A program made the translations under genes and the position numbers. Shown piece after piece: positions 28,174 to 37,115 of a DNA stretch of 64,000 nt (position 1 is its first letter; each line of letters begins with the position of its first letter). The notes beneath the pieces were generated by a model. The model had not been told where the DNA came from. It was given only the letters and a program-made list of their open reading frames with translations, and ran no database searches. Source of the stretch: Nanobdellota archaeon (GTDB lineage: Archaea > Aenigmatarchaeota > Aenigmatarchaeia > QMZP01); contig JAHIVW010000003.1 in the NCBI GenBank assembly GCA_018816245.1, positions 470,834 through 534,833 of the forward strand, in the 5' to 3' direction.

Positions 28174-29198
28174 AGTTTCACTCCTTCGACCCCAAGGTCA
28201 ACTTCAATCGGCTCAAAGCCGAGGTTGGTGATCGTCTGTGCGAGCTTCACACGATCAGCATGATGACAGAGCATGATGCCCCCGCCGCCGGCACCGCAGA
28301 GCTTTGCTGCGCCGCCGATGTCGCGCACGGCTTCGGCGATTTTGTCAATCGTCGGTGTTGAGACGCCGAGTTCTGCGAGTGTTTTCTGCGTCAGGTTCAT
28401 CAGGGTGCGGACGGTGTTGTAGTCTTTGTTTTTTAACGCGGTTTTCATCTGCACGGTTGCTTCGCCGAGGGCTTTGACGCGAGGCGTGCGGAAGTCTTCT
28501 GGTTTGTCTTTGACTAATTGGACGAGTTCGCCGGTGTTCTTTTCTGGAGGGCCGGTGTAGACAAGGACGAAGTTTTCGAGTTTGTGGGGGATTTCGTCTT
28601 TGAGTGAGATGATGTCGTTTTTCGGTTGGTTCTTTCGGAACCAGATCAAGCCACCAAAGCAGCAGGCTGCATTGTCGCCGCCAGACGGCGTGCCGTGGAT
28701 GACTTGCTCGAGCTTGAATGCGATGTCATTGACGCGTTCAAGTGAGATGGACTTTTCGTAAACAGTTGCGATCGCCTTCACGAGCGCGACAGCCAAGGAT
28801 GACGAGGAACCGATACCGGCACCGACCATCCCAGCGCCGTCAATGGTGACAGAGACACCGCCGTGAATGCCAAGCTCGTGGAGGGTGATGCCGACGACGG
28901 CTTTGCGGTAGCCGCTGTAGCCGTCGCTCCGAACAAAAGCAAACAAGTCACTGAAAGTGCCCTTTTCCTTGCAGGAGTCCCAGAGTTTTTGAACCTGTTG
29001 TGTTGTTTCCACAACATCGTCGAGTGACCACTCCCGGGGGATTGGGCTAAATCGCTTGTCAAGGTAAGAAACGTTTTCTGCCTTCTCGGCCGTGACCGTG
29101 GTCTGGAGGCCGATGGCAGCGATGATCGCTGGTTCGCCGTAGACCACGCTGTGCTCGCCGATGAGGTGCACCTTTCCAGGGGCGGAAACCGTGACCAT
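28170..29198 (-). CDS. mvk: Mevalonate kinase (GHMP kinase). True start MVTVSAPGKVHLIGEHSVVYG at 29198; the six-frame ORF is over-extended to 29762.
   Basis: APGKVHLIGEHSVVYG (MVK motif 1), GSSSSLAVALVKAIA (GHMP motif 2). ATG verified on the reverse complement of 29187-29198. Confidence 0.8.
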   Translation of the reverse strand: MVTVSAPGKVHLIGEHSVVYGEPAIIAAIGLQTTVTAEKAENVSYLDKRFSPIPREWSLDDVVETTQQVQKLWDSCKEKGTFSDLFAFVRSDGYSGYRKAVVGITLHELGIHGGVSVTIDGAGMVGAGIGSSSSLAVALVKAIATVYEKSISLERVNDIAFKLEQVIHGTPSGGDNAACCFGGLIWFRKNQPKNDIISLKDEIPHKLENFVLVYTGPPEKNTGELVQLVKDKPEDFRTPRVKALGEATVQMKTALKNKDYNTVRTLMNLTQKTLAELGVSTPTIDKIAEAVRDIGGAAKLCGAGGGGIMLCHHADRVKLAQTITNLGFEPIEVDLGVEGVKL

Positions 29199-29210
29199 AC
29201 AACAGGGTAG

Positions 29211-29230
29211 ATATAAGTATTTAAATATTA
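29211..29230. promoter_or_regulatory. Bidirectional TATA element (atataagtatttaaatatta) between mvk (minus strand) and the divergent 329-aa gene (plus strand)
   Basis: TTTAAATA consensus at 29220-29227, about 23 nt upstream of both divergent start codons (29198 and 29247). Suggests leaderless transcripts. Confidence 0.5.
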
Positions 29231-29246
29231 GCCCGTAGATGGGGGT

Positions 29247-30236
29247 ATGTCTGAGCTGTATGTTCCTCGGCCGGTTGTTGGTGTTGCCTCCAGTTTTGAT
29301 GGGATTATCAACAACGCAGTTGACGAGTGTGCTGCAGTTTCTTTCGGGGCGTATGATGTTTTGAGCCCGGGAAAACTCAAATCTATTGGATTGGGTCGCC
29401 TTGCTCATCCAGCTGATCTGACACCCGACCACCGTGACCATCGTGGGTATGAGGCGTTCCGACGGCTTCGTCCGTTGGTTGCAAAAGCCGGTGACTATCT
29501 TCCTGTTGTGGAAATAATTCATGAGGAACCTGGAGCTATCGATCGCATGCTCGCTGATCCAAACAACCGCGAGGCCTATCAGGATGCAATTCAGGTATAC
29601 AAGACGAGATTGGAAGCAGCAAAAGCAGACGGCCGTTGGGAGAAGTTTGGACAAAAGAAAGTTGGTGTATTCTATATTGAACGTAACCGCCTGAAAACAC
29701 TTGATGAACAAGCATGGAACGGAATGCAGAGTCCTATGGCTCAAACAGTCCGTGAATTTCATACACTTGTTGATGCAGCTGAAGTTACTTCTGATGGGAA
29801 ATTTATTGATGGATACGCTCCTTTCTTTGCGTCATCAAAAGATCCAGTTTCTATTTTTGATCTGTGCCTTCTCTATTCCCGGGAAGACCGTCTCGAAACC
29901 GGTATGGTTGGTCCAGGAGCACAATGTGTTATCTCACGTGACCGAATCTATGGAAACGATGTAGGTGAAGGTGACAAGGTCATCCAACTCAGTAAGGTTG
30001 CATCTACGCTTCGTTCGTCACATGATAGGATCGTTCGTGTTGATGATCGGTTTGATAGAGAAGAAGTCGATGCACTAAGAGCTGCAGGCTTTGACCATGT
30101 TGTGGTTATGGAAGGCGGCTATGTGTTCCCATGGGATCTTGATGAAGCCCGGGAAGAAGGAAGCGGTGTGACCGTGCTTCCACGAGAAGGATTTGCACAA
30201 GCATTTTCTGACTATGCTAAAGCAGAAGGCTTCTGA
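29247..30236 (+). CDS. Hypothetical cytoplasmic protein (329 aa) divergent from the mevalonate operon. No family recognised.
   Basis: Good coding character, no overlap, own TATA box. No recognisable catalytic motif. Confidence 0.5.
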   Translation: MSELYVPRPVVGVASSFDGIINNAVDECAAVSFGAYDVLSPGKLKSIGLGRLAHPADLTPDHRDHRGYEAFRRLRPLVAKAGDYLPVVEIIHEEPGAIDRMLADPNNREAYQDAIQVYKTRLEAAKADGRWEKFGQKKVGVFYIERNRLKTLDEQAWNGMQSPMAQTVREFHTLVDAAEVTSDGKFIDGYAPFFASSKDPVSIFDLCLLYSREDRLETGMVGPGAQCVISRDRIYGNDVGEGDKVIQLSKVASTLRSSHDRIVRVDDRFDREEVDALRAAGFDHVVVMEGGYVFPWDLDEAREEGSGVTVLPREGFAQAFSDYAKAEGF

Positions 30237-30749
30237 TTAATCCAAATTTTCCAGAAACACCTTAAACGCTACCCGGCACGCTGGTGTAAATGCTTCTGGT
30301 TCCTTTTTCATCTTCATTTTTGCTTCGTCGAGCGTCATGATGACAAATTCCGTCGCTTCTTTACTCTTCACAAAGGGGCCATCAGACTGTGCGGAAAACA
30401 CCATCAGGTTCTGCATATGTTCCGGTTCGTAGCTTTTTGCTGGACCAAGTTTTTTCAGCGACACGGAAAGACCGGTTTCTTCTTTGAGTTCGCGTGCTGC
30501 TGCAGTTTCGTAAGTCTCGCCAGAATCAACGTGACCTGCGCCAGCTGCTGTCAGAAGATTTGGAAACGTATCAACCCAGGCAGCGCGTTTCTGAAGCACA
30601 ATCGAGCCGTCTGACTTGACAACGTAGATTTGAACAAGCCGGTGGATCAGCTGCTTTTCATGGCACTCCTTTCTCGTTGCCTTGCCAATGACCTCGTCGT
30701 TTTCGTTCACCACATCGTAGATTTCGGGCATGAAATTCCTTGTAGACAT
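30237..30749 (-). CDS. Nudix hydrolase
   Basis: Nudix box GHVDSGETYETAAARELKEETGL (Gx5Ex7REUxEExGU). Confidence 0.75.
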   Translation of the reverse strand: MSTRNFMPEIYDVVNENDEVIGKATRKECHEKQLIHRLVQIYVVKSDGSIVLQKRAAWVDTFPNLLTAAGAGHVDSGETYETAAARELKEETGLSVSLKKLGPAKSYEPEHMQNLMVFSAQSDGPFVKSKEATEFVIMTLDEAKMKMKKEPEAFTPACRVAFKVFLENLD

Positions 30750-30772
30750 TTTTTAAATATGAGACATCAGGT

Positions 30773-31414
30773 GTGATGATGAAACTTGCAATCTTTGACT
30801 ATAATGGCTTGCTCGTCAACGATCTTCCTGTCCACGAACAGGCGTATGTGGAACTCGCAAAACGGCACGGAAAATCATTCTCCCTCGATGACCTGAAACA
30901 GCTCATGCACACCCCAACAAGGAAGAAAGTAGAGTGGATCATTGGCTCGCCAGACGAGGAGAAGATTGCCGCTGCCCTGAAAGAGAAGCAAGACATTTAC
31001 ATCAACCTTGCGAAGAAGGGCGTCCTCTTCCCCGACACGCGAACCGTGATTGAATCGCTCTCTCAGAAATACAAGCTCGCCATTGTAAGTAATTCAACCC
31101 GCTACCAGATTGTTGAAGTGTTTCCAAAGGAGTTGCTGGAACACTTTTCAGTTGTTATGACCTACGAAGACATTACCAAACCAAAGCCAGCGCCCGATTC
31201 CATTCTCGACGTGCTCACGAAACTCAGTCTCCCGAACACCGAGGCGTGCTATGTTGGTGACGAGCTTTCTGACATCAAGGCAGGGAAGGCGGCGCAGGTC
31301 CTTGCAATCGGGGTTCCAAGCGGGTATCACTCAGCGGAAAAACTCAAAGCAGCAGGCGCTGATGTCGTCATTGGTTCGCTCTCGGAACTCGAAGCGGTGC
31401 TGGAAAAACACTAG
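30773..31414 (+). CDS. HAD-superfamily hydrolase (phosphatase or phosphoglucomutase-like subfamily)
   Basis: Motif I LAIFDYNGLLV, motif III VGDELSDIKAGKAAQ. Confidence 0.7.
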   Translation: MMMKLAIFDYNGLLVNDLPVHEQAYVELAKRHGKSFSLDDLKQLMHTPTRKKVEWIIGSPDEEKIAAALKEKQDIYINLAKKGVLFPDTRTVIESLSQKYKLAIVSNSTRYQIVEVFPKELLEHFSVVMTYEDITKPKPAPDSILDVLTKLSLPNTEACYVGDELSDIKAGKAAQVLAIGVPSGYHSAEKLKAAGADVVIGSLSELEAVLEKH

Positions 31415-32163
31415 TGAACAAACTGTTTGGCCATTTCTCGAATGTCTTCAAAATAGAAGTCTGCGCCTTCTCGTTTGAGGATTTCCCGGTCAGGAACTTC
31501 TGAAAGCGTTACAATCGAAACAACACCCGCGGCTTTCGCAGCTTGCACATCAACCGCAGCGTCGCCAACGTACGCGGTTTTCGCACGCTCGATGCTGAGA
31601 TCGTCACAGATTTTGAGAATGCCGTCCGGGCTCGGTTTCTTGATGTTCATGTCCTCTCCTCCCAACAAATACGAAAACCGGTCCAGATACGGACCAAGGT
31701 CACGATCAAGCGTCGAGGATGCGGCGTTGCTCCAGATAGCAAGCGTGTAGCGGTTCTTGAGTTCGTCAAGGACTTCAGGAATACCAGGAAGGACTCGAAC
31801 AAACTGCCCAGCAGCCTGGGAATAGAAGAATTCTTTGTAGACGTTTCGGGCATCTTTCATCTTTTCGTAATCTGCTTCTGTAACGTATCGTTCAAGAAGT
31901 GCGTCGCACGCTGCTTCTGGTGCTTCGGTTGCAACAAGCTTTTCAATTGTTGTTCCTGCCCTCTGGAGCGCGTACATCAAAGTGAGGCACTGCTGGCTGT
32001 TGTTGTATTTGCCAAGGGACCGCATCAAGCGATACTCTCGTTTGGTGTATGATGTGGGGACGCCGATTGCCTTCAGCCCACGGAGCATTCCTTCGAGTCC
32101 TGCAGGGGCGGAATCCCGGAGGACACCGTCCACATCAAAAATGAAGAGTTCAAGATCGGGCAT
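31411..32163 (-). CDS. HAD-superfamily hydrolase
   Basis: Motif I LFIFDVDGVLRDS, motif III YVGDAAVDVQAAKAAG. Confidence 0.75.
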   Translation of the reverse strand: MPDLELFIFDVDGVLRDSAPAGLEGMLRGLKAIGVPTSYTKREYRLMRSLGKYNNSQQCLTLMYALQRAGTTIEKLVATEAPEAACDALLERYVTEADYEKMKDARNVYKEFFYSQAAGQFVRVLPGIPEVLDELKNRYTLAIWSNAASSTLDRDLGPYLDRFSYLLGGEDMNIKKPSPDGILKICDDLSIERAKTAYVGDAAVDVQAAKAAGVVSIVTLSEVPDREILKREGADFYFEDIREMAKQFVH

Positions 32164-32265
32164 GCAAACGTACTGCAGGAAAGATAGATAAAAGATTCAT
32201 AACAGTGTTATACTCCCCTTTTAATAATCTTCTGACTAAACACCTCCGCCTGAGGTGAATATTGT

Positions 32266-33513
32266 ATGAGTAAGGTCAAAGACCCGTCGCTCGCCCCCCA
32301 AGGGCGGCTCCAGATCGAATGGGCAGCCAAGCAGATGCCCGTGGTCTCTGCGCTCCGCGAGGAGTTCGCGAAAACCAAGCCCTTCAAAGGCCTCGTGATC
32401 GGGGGCGCGATCCACGTCACGAAGGAGACTGCCAACCTGATCCTGGCCCTCCGGGACGGAGGCGCTGAGGTGGCCTGGGCAGCCTGTAATCCCCTTTCCA
32501 CACAAGATGACGTCGCAGCAGCCCTCGCCGAAGAAGAAAACGTCCACATCTACGCCTGGAAGGGTCTCACGAACGAGGACTACTACAAGAACATGGACAA
32601 GGTCCTCGAGCACAAGCCTGTGATCACCATGGACGACGGCGGCGACCTAGTCTTCCGGCTTCATGAAAAGCATCGTGAGTTGATCCCGTCAATAAAGTTC
32701 GGGACCGAGGAAACCACCACTGGTGTGGTCCGCCTGAGGAACATGGCAGCGGACAAGAAACTCGGCTACCCCGTCATCTCAATCAACGATGCAATCACAA
32801 AGCAGGATTTTGATAATATTTACGGTACAGCCCAAGGCACCTTCGACGCGATCATGCGCGCCACCAGTGTGCTGATCGCCGGCCGGACCGTTGTCGTCGC
32901 TGGCTTCGGGCACTGCGGCAAGGGCGTTGCGCTGCGCGCGCGGGGCATGAACGCGAACGTCATTGTCACCGAAGTGTCACCAGTCAACGCGCTCCGCGCA
33001 GTCATGGAAGGCTTCCGAGTCATGCCCATGAAAGAAGCCGCCAAAGTCGGCGACATCTTCGTCACGGCAACTGGTGTCAAGGACATTCTTACGAACGAAC
33101 ACTTCGAGCTCCTGAAAGACGGTGTCATTCTCTCGAATGTCGGCCACTTCAACCTGGAGATCCGGACTGACCAGCTCCAAGAAGCGAGCACGAGCAAGCG
33201 CACTATCCGTTCAGGAACCGAGGAATACACGTTGAAGAGTGGGAAGAAGGTCTTCCTGCTTGGCGAAGGCCGCTTGGCAAACCTCGCGTGTGCAGAAGGC
33301 CACCCATCTGCGGTCATGGACCTGTCCTTCGCGAACCAGCTCCTTTCGATCAAGTACTATCTCGACAAGAAACTGGAACCAGGCGTCTACTCGATTCCCA
33401 AAGGACAGGATGACGAAGTCGCCAGGAGAAAACTTCAGAGCATGGGATGTACTGTTGATGCTTTGACCAAATCACAGGAAGACTACATCACCTCCTGGTC
33501 AGAAGGAACGTAG
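32266..33513 (+). CDS. ahcY: S-adenosyl-L-homocysteine hydrolase
   Basis: FGTEETTTGVVRL, NAD-binding AGFGHCGKGVALRARGMNANVIVTEV. Archaeal-size protein of 415 aa. Confidence 0.9.
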   Translation: MSKVKDPSLAPQGRLQIEWAAKQMPVVSALREEFAKTKPFKGLVIGGAIHVTKETANLILALRDGGAEVAWAACNPLSTQDDVAAALAEEENVHIYAWKGLTNEDYYKNMDKVLEHKPVITMDDGGDLVFRLHEKHRELIPSIKFGTEETTTGVVRLRNMAADKKLGYPVISINDAITKQDFDNIYGTAQGTFDAIMRATSVLIAGRTVVVAGFGHCGKGVALRARGMNANVIVTEVSPVNALRAVMEGFRVMPMKEAAKVGDIFVTATGVKDILTNEHFELLKDGVILSNVGHFNLEIRTDQLQEASTSKRTIRSGTEEYTLKSGKKVFLLGEGRLANLACAEGHPSAVMDLSFANQLLSIKYYLDKKLEPGVYSIPKGQDDEVARRKLQSMGCTVDALTKSQEDYITSWSEGT

Positions 33514-33514
33514 T

Positions 33515-33781
33515 ATGGACCCCACTGAGCAACAGCAAGCTGCACTGCAGCTGGAACAACAGAAACGGGTCATCATGCTCAGGATTCTGTCGAAGGAGGC
33601 ATACGAACGGCTGGCGCGAATTAAGCTCGTGAACCCAGAACTGGCAGGGCAACTGGAACTGTACATCATGCAACTCGTCCAAGCCGGTCGGCTGACAGAC
33701 ATGGTCACTGACCAGAAACTCAAGGAGATTCTCAAGATTTTGAGTTCGCCTGTACGGAAGACCTCGATCAAGCGGCGATAG
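33515..33781 (+). CDS. PDCD5/TFAR19-like small DNA-binding protein (COG2118 family)
   Basis: QQKRVIMLRILSKEAYERLARIKLVNPELAGQLELYIMQLVQAGRL, typical of the archaeal PDCD5 homologue found next to rpl39e/rpl31e. Confidence 0.7.
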   Translation: MDPTEQQQAALQLEQQKRVIMLRILSKEAYERLARIKLVNPELAGQLELYIMQLVQAGRLTDMVTDQKLKEILKILSSPVRKTSIKRR

Positions 33782-33813
33782 TTTATAAAGAGAAACCCTC
33801 AACAAGGAGTCCT

Positions 33814-33981
33814 ATGTCACGGAACAAGGCATCCGGCCGCAAGCGTCGCCTCATCAATCGCGCAACCAAGCGGGACGCGCCGCGCTGGGCAGACATCAAG
33901 AAATTCGGTCTCAAGCGGGCTCGAACGCGACGAATCCGTGCCAGCCGCAGGAACTGGCGCCGTGACCATCTGAAGGTGTAA
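33814..33981 (+). CDS. rpl39e: Ribosomal protein eL39 (55 aa). Absent from the ORF track because it is under 60 aa.
   Basis: Translation MSRNKASGRKRRLINRATKRDAPRWADIKKFGLKRARTRRIRASRRNWRRDHLKV. Confidence 0.8.
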   Translation: MSRNKASGRKRRLINRATKRDAPRWADIKKFGLKRARTRRIRASRRNWRRDHLKV

Positions 33982-33983
33982 CT

Positions 33984-34487
33984 ATGGCCGACAAAGATAC
34001 CCGCGTGTACACTATTCCGCTTCGCGCTGACTGGCTCAAACAGTCCCGGAATTACCGGGCACCGCGCGCGATTTCGTTTATCCGCGGCTTTGTCCAGAAG
34101 CACACCCATGTCCAGAATGTTCTGCTCTCCGAACGCCTGAACAAGGAGATCTGGGCACATACTGTTTCTCGGCCACCAGCGAAAATCAAAGTCAGTGTGA
34201 AGGTTGTTGATGATGTTGCCCACGTCAAGCTGCCCTTTGAACCAGACTTCACGAAGAAGGAAGAGAAGAAAGGTGGTTTGAAGGAACGACTCTTAGAAAA
34301 AGCAGGTGCAACACCGTCAGGACCGACGCCGAAGGAACAGAAGAAAGAAGCAAAGAAGGCGAAGACTGAAATAAAGAAAACTGAAGAAAAACCAAACACC
34401 GCACCAACTGAGAAGAAAGAAACAGCACCTGAAGAGAAGAAAGAACAACCGAAAACAGAAAAACAACCAGAAACGAAACCCGCCTGA
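33984..34487 (+). CDS. rpl31e: Ribosomal protein eL31 with an unusually long Lys/Glu-rich C-terminal extension
   Basis: RVYTIPLRADWLKQSRNYRAPRAISFIRGFVQKH...LNKEIWAHTVSRPPAKIKVSV is the L31e core (about 90 aa), followed by about 75 aa of KKEEKK/EKKE low-complexity tail. Confidence 0.8.
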   Translation: MADKDTRVYTIPLRADWLKQSRNYRAPRAISFIRGFVQKHTHVQNVLLSERLNKEIWAHTVSRPPAKIKVSVKVVDDVAHVKLPFEPDFTKKEEKKGGLKERLLEKAGATPSGPTPKEQKKEAKKAKTEIKKTEEKPNTAPTEKKETAPEEKKEQPKTEKQPETKPA

Positions 34488-34489
34488 TT

Positions 34490-35296
34490 ATGTCCTTTCG
34501 CGACCAGCTTCTCGCGACCGTCCCTGAACAGCTGCAGGAACACCTTCCCAATACCTACCAACAGCTAGGATCGATTTGTATTTTTTCACTTCCTGCTGCA
34601 GTGAAATCATACAAACAGGCGATTGGTGATGCTGTTCTCAAAGTCTATCCGCGGTTCACAACCGTTTGTGTGCAGCGCGGTCCTATTTCTGGTGAACTGC
34701 GACAACCGACAATTGAACGCATTGCCGGGAACGGGACAGAGACCGTGCACAAGGAACATGGGATTCTCTTTCACCTTGATGTCACGAAGGTAATGTTTTC
34801 AAAGGGGAACCTTGCAGAACGGAAGCTATTGATTCCACTAGTGCAGCCGAACGAGGTTGTTATTGACATGTTTGCTGGCATCGGCTACTTCAGCCTGGGG
34901 ATTGCCAAGCAGGTTCCGGTGACGCTGTTTGCAATCGAGAAGAATCCGGACGCTGTGTTCTATCTCAAGAAGAACATTGTCGCAAACAAGATCACGAACG
35001 TCACGGTTGTCGAAGGGGACTGCCGGACGGTTTCGATTCCGCAAAAGGCTGACCGGATTCTCATGGGATACTTCCCGAATACAGCGCAGTTCTTGCCAAC
35101 GGCGTTCAGGATGGCGAAGGACACAGCAACCATCCACTACCATGATGTTGGCAAGCATTTGAGAGAGACCATTGAACGTCACGCGAAGAACGCGGGATTC
35201 ACGGTCACTGCGTTCTCTGAGCACATTGTCAAGAGTGTTGGCCCTCGGACGAATCATGTGGTGTGCGACGTGGTAGTGGAGAAAGGTTTACGTTAA
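34490..35296 (+). CDS. taw2: Trm5/TYW2-family SAM-dependent tRNA methyltransferase or aminocarboxypropyltransferase (Taw2-like)
   Basis: Met-10+ like core VIDMFAGIGYFSLGIAKQ. Size of 268 aa fits Taw2/Trm5 paralogues. Confidence 0.7.
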   Translation: MSFRDQLLATVPEQLQEHLPNTYQQLGSICIFSLPAAVKSYKQAIGDAVLKVYPRFTTVCVQRGPISGELRQPTIERIAGNGTETVHKEHGILFHLDVTKVMFSKGNLAERKLLIPLVQPNEVVIDMFAGIGYFSLGIAKQVPVTLFAIEKNPDAVFYLKKNIVANKITNVTVVEGDCRTVSIPQKADRILMGYFPNTAQFLPTAFRMAKDTATIHYHDVGKHLRETIERHAKNAGFTVTAFSEHIVKSVGPRTNHVVCDVVVEKGLR

Positions 35297-35482
35297 AACG
35301 CGGGGTCTCAGAAGTTTATTCCAAGTTTCATCTTCTTTGTTATCCCAAAGGACTTTGAGAGATGTTTCCGAAAACGTGAGGAAGTCGGCGAACTCGTCTT
35401 TAATATCCTTCGCGGAGTCGGTCATCCTTTCTGATCGTTTGCTTGTTTTGGGGTCCATATGAAAAGAAACGTCTTCTTCCAT
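35288..35482 (-). CDS. Small acidic hypothetical protein (64 aa), weakly supported
   Basis: ORF only. Convergent 9-nt overlap with the Taw2-like gene. Lies downstream of the ACP gene on the same strand. Confidence 0.25.
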   Translation of the reverse strand: MEEDVSFHMDPKTSKRSERMTDSAKDIKDEFADFLTFSETSLKVLWDNKEDETWNKLLRPRVLT

Positions 35483-35644
35483 AAATGGACATGGGTAGGT
35501 TGGTTTCTAAATTCCTTTTTATTCTAGCTAAAACCCGCTGGCTGATAGGATAACACTGTTATAAAGGGCAAGCCACAAGCAACGTCTTGGGGGGGGACGC
35601 TGCCTGTGGACCAAGGAGAACGAAACCGACTGCTAGCGTGGGGG

Positions 35645-35896
35645 TTACGCTAAAAGCTTGCTGACACAGACGACAGCATCGTTGACCGTCCGGATTCTCT
35701 CTCTATCCTCGTCAAGGATGTTGACGTTGAATTCGTCCTCGAGCTCCATCATCAGCTCGACGTGATCGAGCGAGTCGGCGCCGAGATCGTTGATGAAGTC
35801 TGTCTTGGAGTTGACGTTGTCGCGTGATACGCCCAACTGCTCGCAGACGCAGTTGATGACTCTGTCCTGAATATCCTGAACCGATTGCTTTGCCAT
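35645..35896 (-). CDS. acpP: Acyl carrier protein, bacterial AcpP type
   Basis: VCEQLGVSRDNVNSKTDFINDLGADSLDHVELMMELEDEFNVNILDEDRERIRTVNDAV carries the DLGADSLD phosphopantetheine-attachment Ser motif and aligns along its full length with E. coli ACP. Confidence 0.8.
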   Translation of the reverse strand: MAKQSVQDIQDRVINCVCEQLGVSRDNVNSKTDFINDLGADSLDHVELMMELEDEFNVNILDEDRERIRTVNDAVVCVSKLLA

Positions 35897-36099
35897 CGTA
35901 ACCCTTCCTTTCCATCAAAGACTGCAAAAGACGTCCAAAGAACCCGGTTTTCCATCAGCAACCGTCCTGCTGCTCCCCATGTCGAAACCTGTTCCGTGTC
36001 TTGGCTTCGGCCTGTGAATGATCACACCAGAGCAGGCATGACCGGACGATGCAATGATGGATAACCATGAACTATATCGTCAAGATATGACGGTAACGT

Positions 36100-37113
36100 T
36101 TATAACTGTTTCCTGCAGCAAGCGGCCTTGCACCAGTTCGGTTGCACAGTCCCTTCCCGTGCCAAGAGCACGCATCTCGACGGTACCATGCTGTCACGGA
36201 TCTTGTAGGAACTTGTTTTCTCGATTTCTTTTGCAAACGACACAATTTCTCGGTGATAGGGCATGTGGTCCTGCGTCAGCCGGTACTGCGACCCGCCGAC
36301 ATGCACGTAGCCCTTTGCTTCAAGGAAGCGTGGTGAAAACTGATCAGCAAGCTGCGCATATAGGTCAGGATGGAGGAGATTCAGTTTTCGTACCAGCGTG
36401 AGCCTCATTGTGGTTGTCGGGAACTTCTTAAACAATGATAATGATTCCATCAGAAGATCCCACGTATTCGGCAGAATGGGTTTTGTCACCTTCTTGAGAA
36501 TCTCGGGCGTTGGTCCGGCAACGGTCACGTACAGCTGCGTCGGTGGTGTCTTGACCAGTTTCCGTAGCATCGCTGGACTGGTGCCGTTGGTCACGAGGAA
36601 TGTTGTCATACCTCGCTTGTGAATTTCCTGGATCAGTTCAGGGAGGTGCGGATACAATGTTGGTTCACCAGAAAGGGAAATCGCGACATGCTTTGGCTGT
36701 TGCGCTTCTTTGTAAAGTTTTGTTGGTGTTTCTTCGTTGCCACCAAAGCCGCGCAACATCTTGACGTGTTCCTTGATCATGCCGTCGACGATGAATGCTG
36801 GTTCGTCCCAATCGTCCGCTGGGTTGTTATGGAATCGAAGTGTGCGCCAGCAAAAAGAACAGTTCTCGGTGCAGAACTGGACCGTCGGCGTGAACTGAAT
36901 GCACCGCCAGGAATCGATCCCGTAGAATTGTTTTTTGTAGCAAACGTTTTTTCCCCGCAACGACTGCTTGGTCCAGTTGCAGACCTTGATTGCGGAATGC
37001 TTACCGATCAAGCGGTACTGCTGCTTCTCGAGGTTCTTGATCTGGGATGTGGTGAGGGCGTTGGAGGCCATAGGAAGACGTGGCGACTTGGGTTTATGAG
37101 TGGTGTATAACAA
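36100..37113 (-). CDS. taw1: tRNA 4-demethylwyosine synthase Taw1/TYW1 (radical SAM)
   Basis: GKHSAIKVCNWTKQSLRGKNVCYKKQFYGIDSWRCIQFTPTVQFCTENCSFCWR is the TYW1 signature. Confidence 0.85.
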   Translation of the reverse strand: MLYTTHKPKSPRLPMASNALTTSQIKNLEKQQYRLIGKHSAIKVCNWTKQSLRGKNVCYKKQFYGIDSWRCIQFTPTVQFCTENCSFCWRTLRFHNNPADDWDEPAFIVDGMIKEHVKMLRGFGGNEETPTKLYKEAQQPKHVAISLSGEPTLYPHLPELIQEIHKRGMTTFLVTNGTSPAMLRKLVKTPPTQLYVTVAGPTPEILKKVTKPILPNTWDLLMESLSLFKKFPTTTMRLTLVRKLNLLHPDLYAQLADQFSPRFLEAKGYVHVGGSQYRLTQDHMPYHREIVSFAKEIEKTSSYKIRDSMVPSRCVLLAREGTVQPNWCKAACCRKQL

Positions 37114-37115
37114 TG

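Noticed and set aside
28170-29762. 530-aa ORF (mvk over-extended) and 44542-46068 (aRF1 over-extended), 1123-4188 (ligase) and 16377-20996
   Set aside because: N-terminal extensions lack homology and contain TATA-like elements or overlap upstream genes. Internal Met starts give canonical protein lengths, so the features are trimmed.
30237-30749. Nudix protein beside the mevalonate operon considered as IDI-1
   Set aside because: Lacks the conserved TNxxCxHP Cys motif of type 1 IPP isomerase (reads TAAGAGH). IDI-2 is present at 53861-54916.
35483-35644. 160-nt gap downstream of ACP, with a G-run, checked for an ncRNA or tRNA
   Set aside because: Only a 5-bp stem could be drawn, and there is no tRNA-like cloverleaf or C/D-box pattern. 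Left unannotated.
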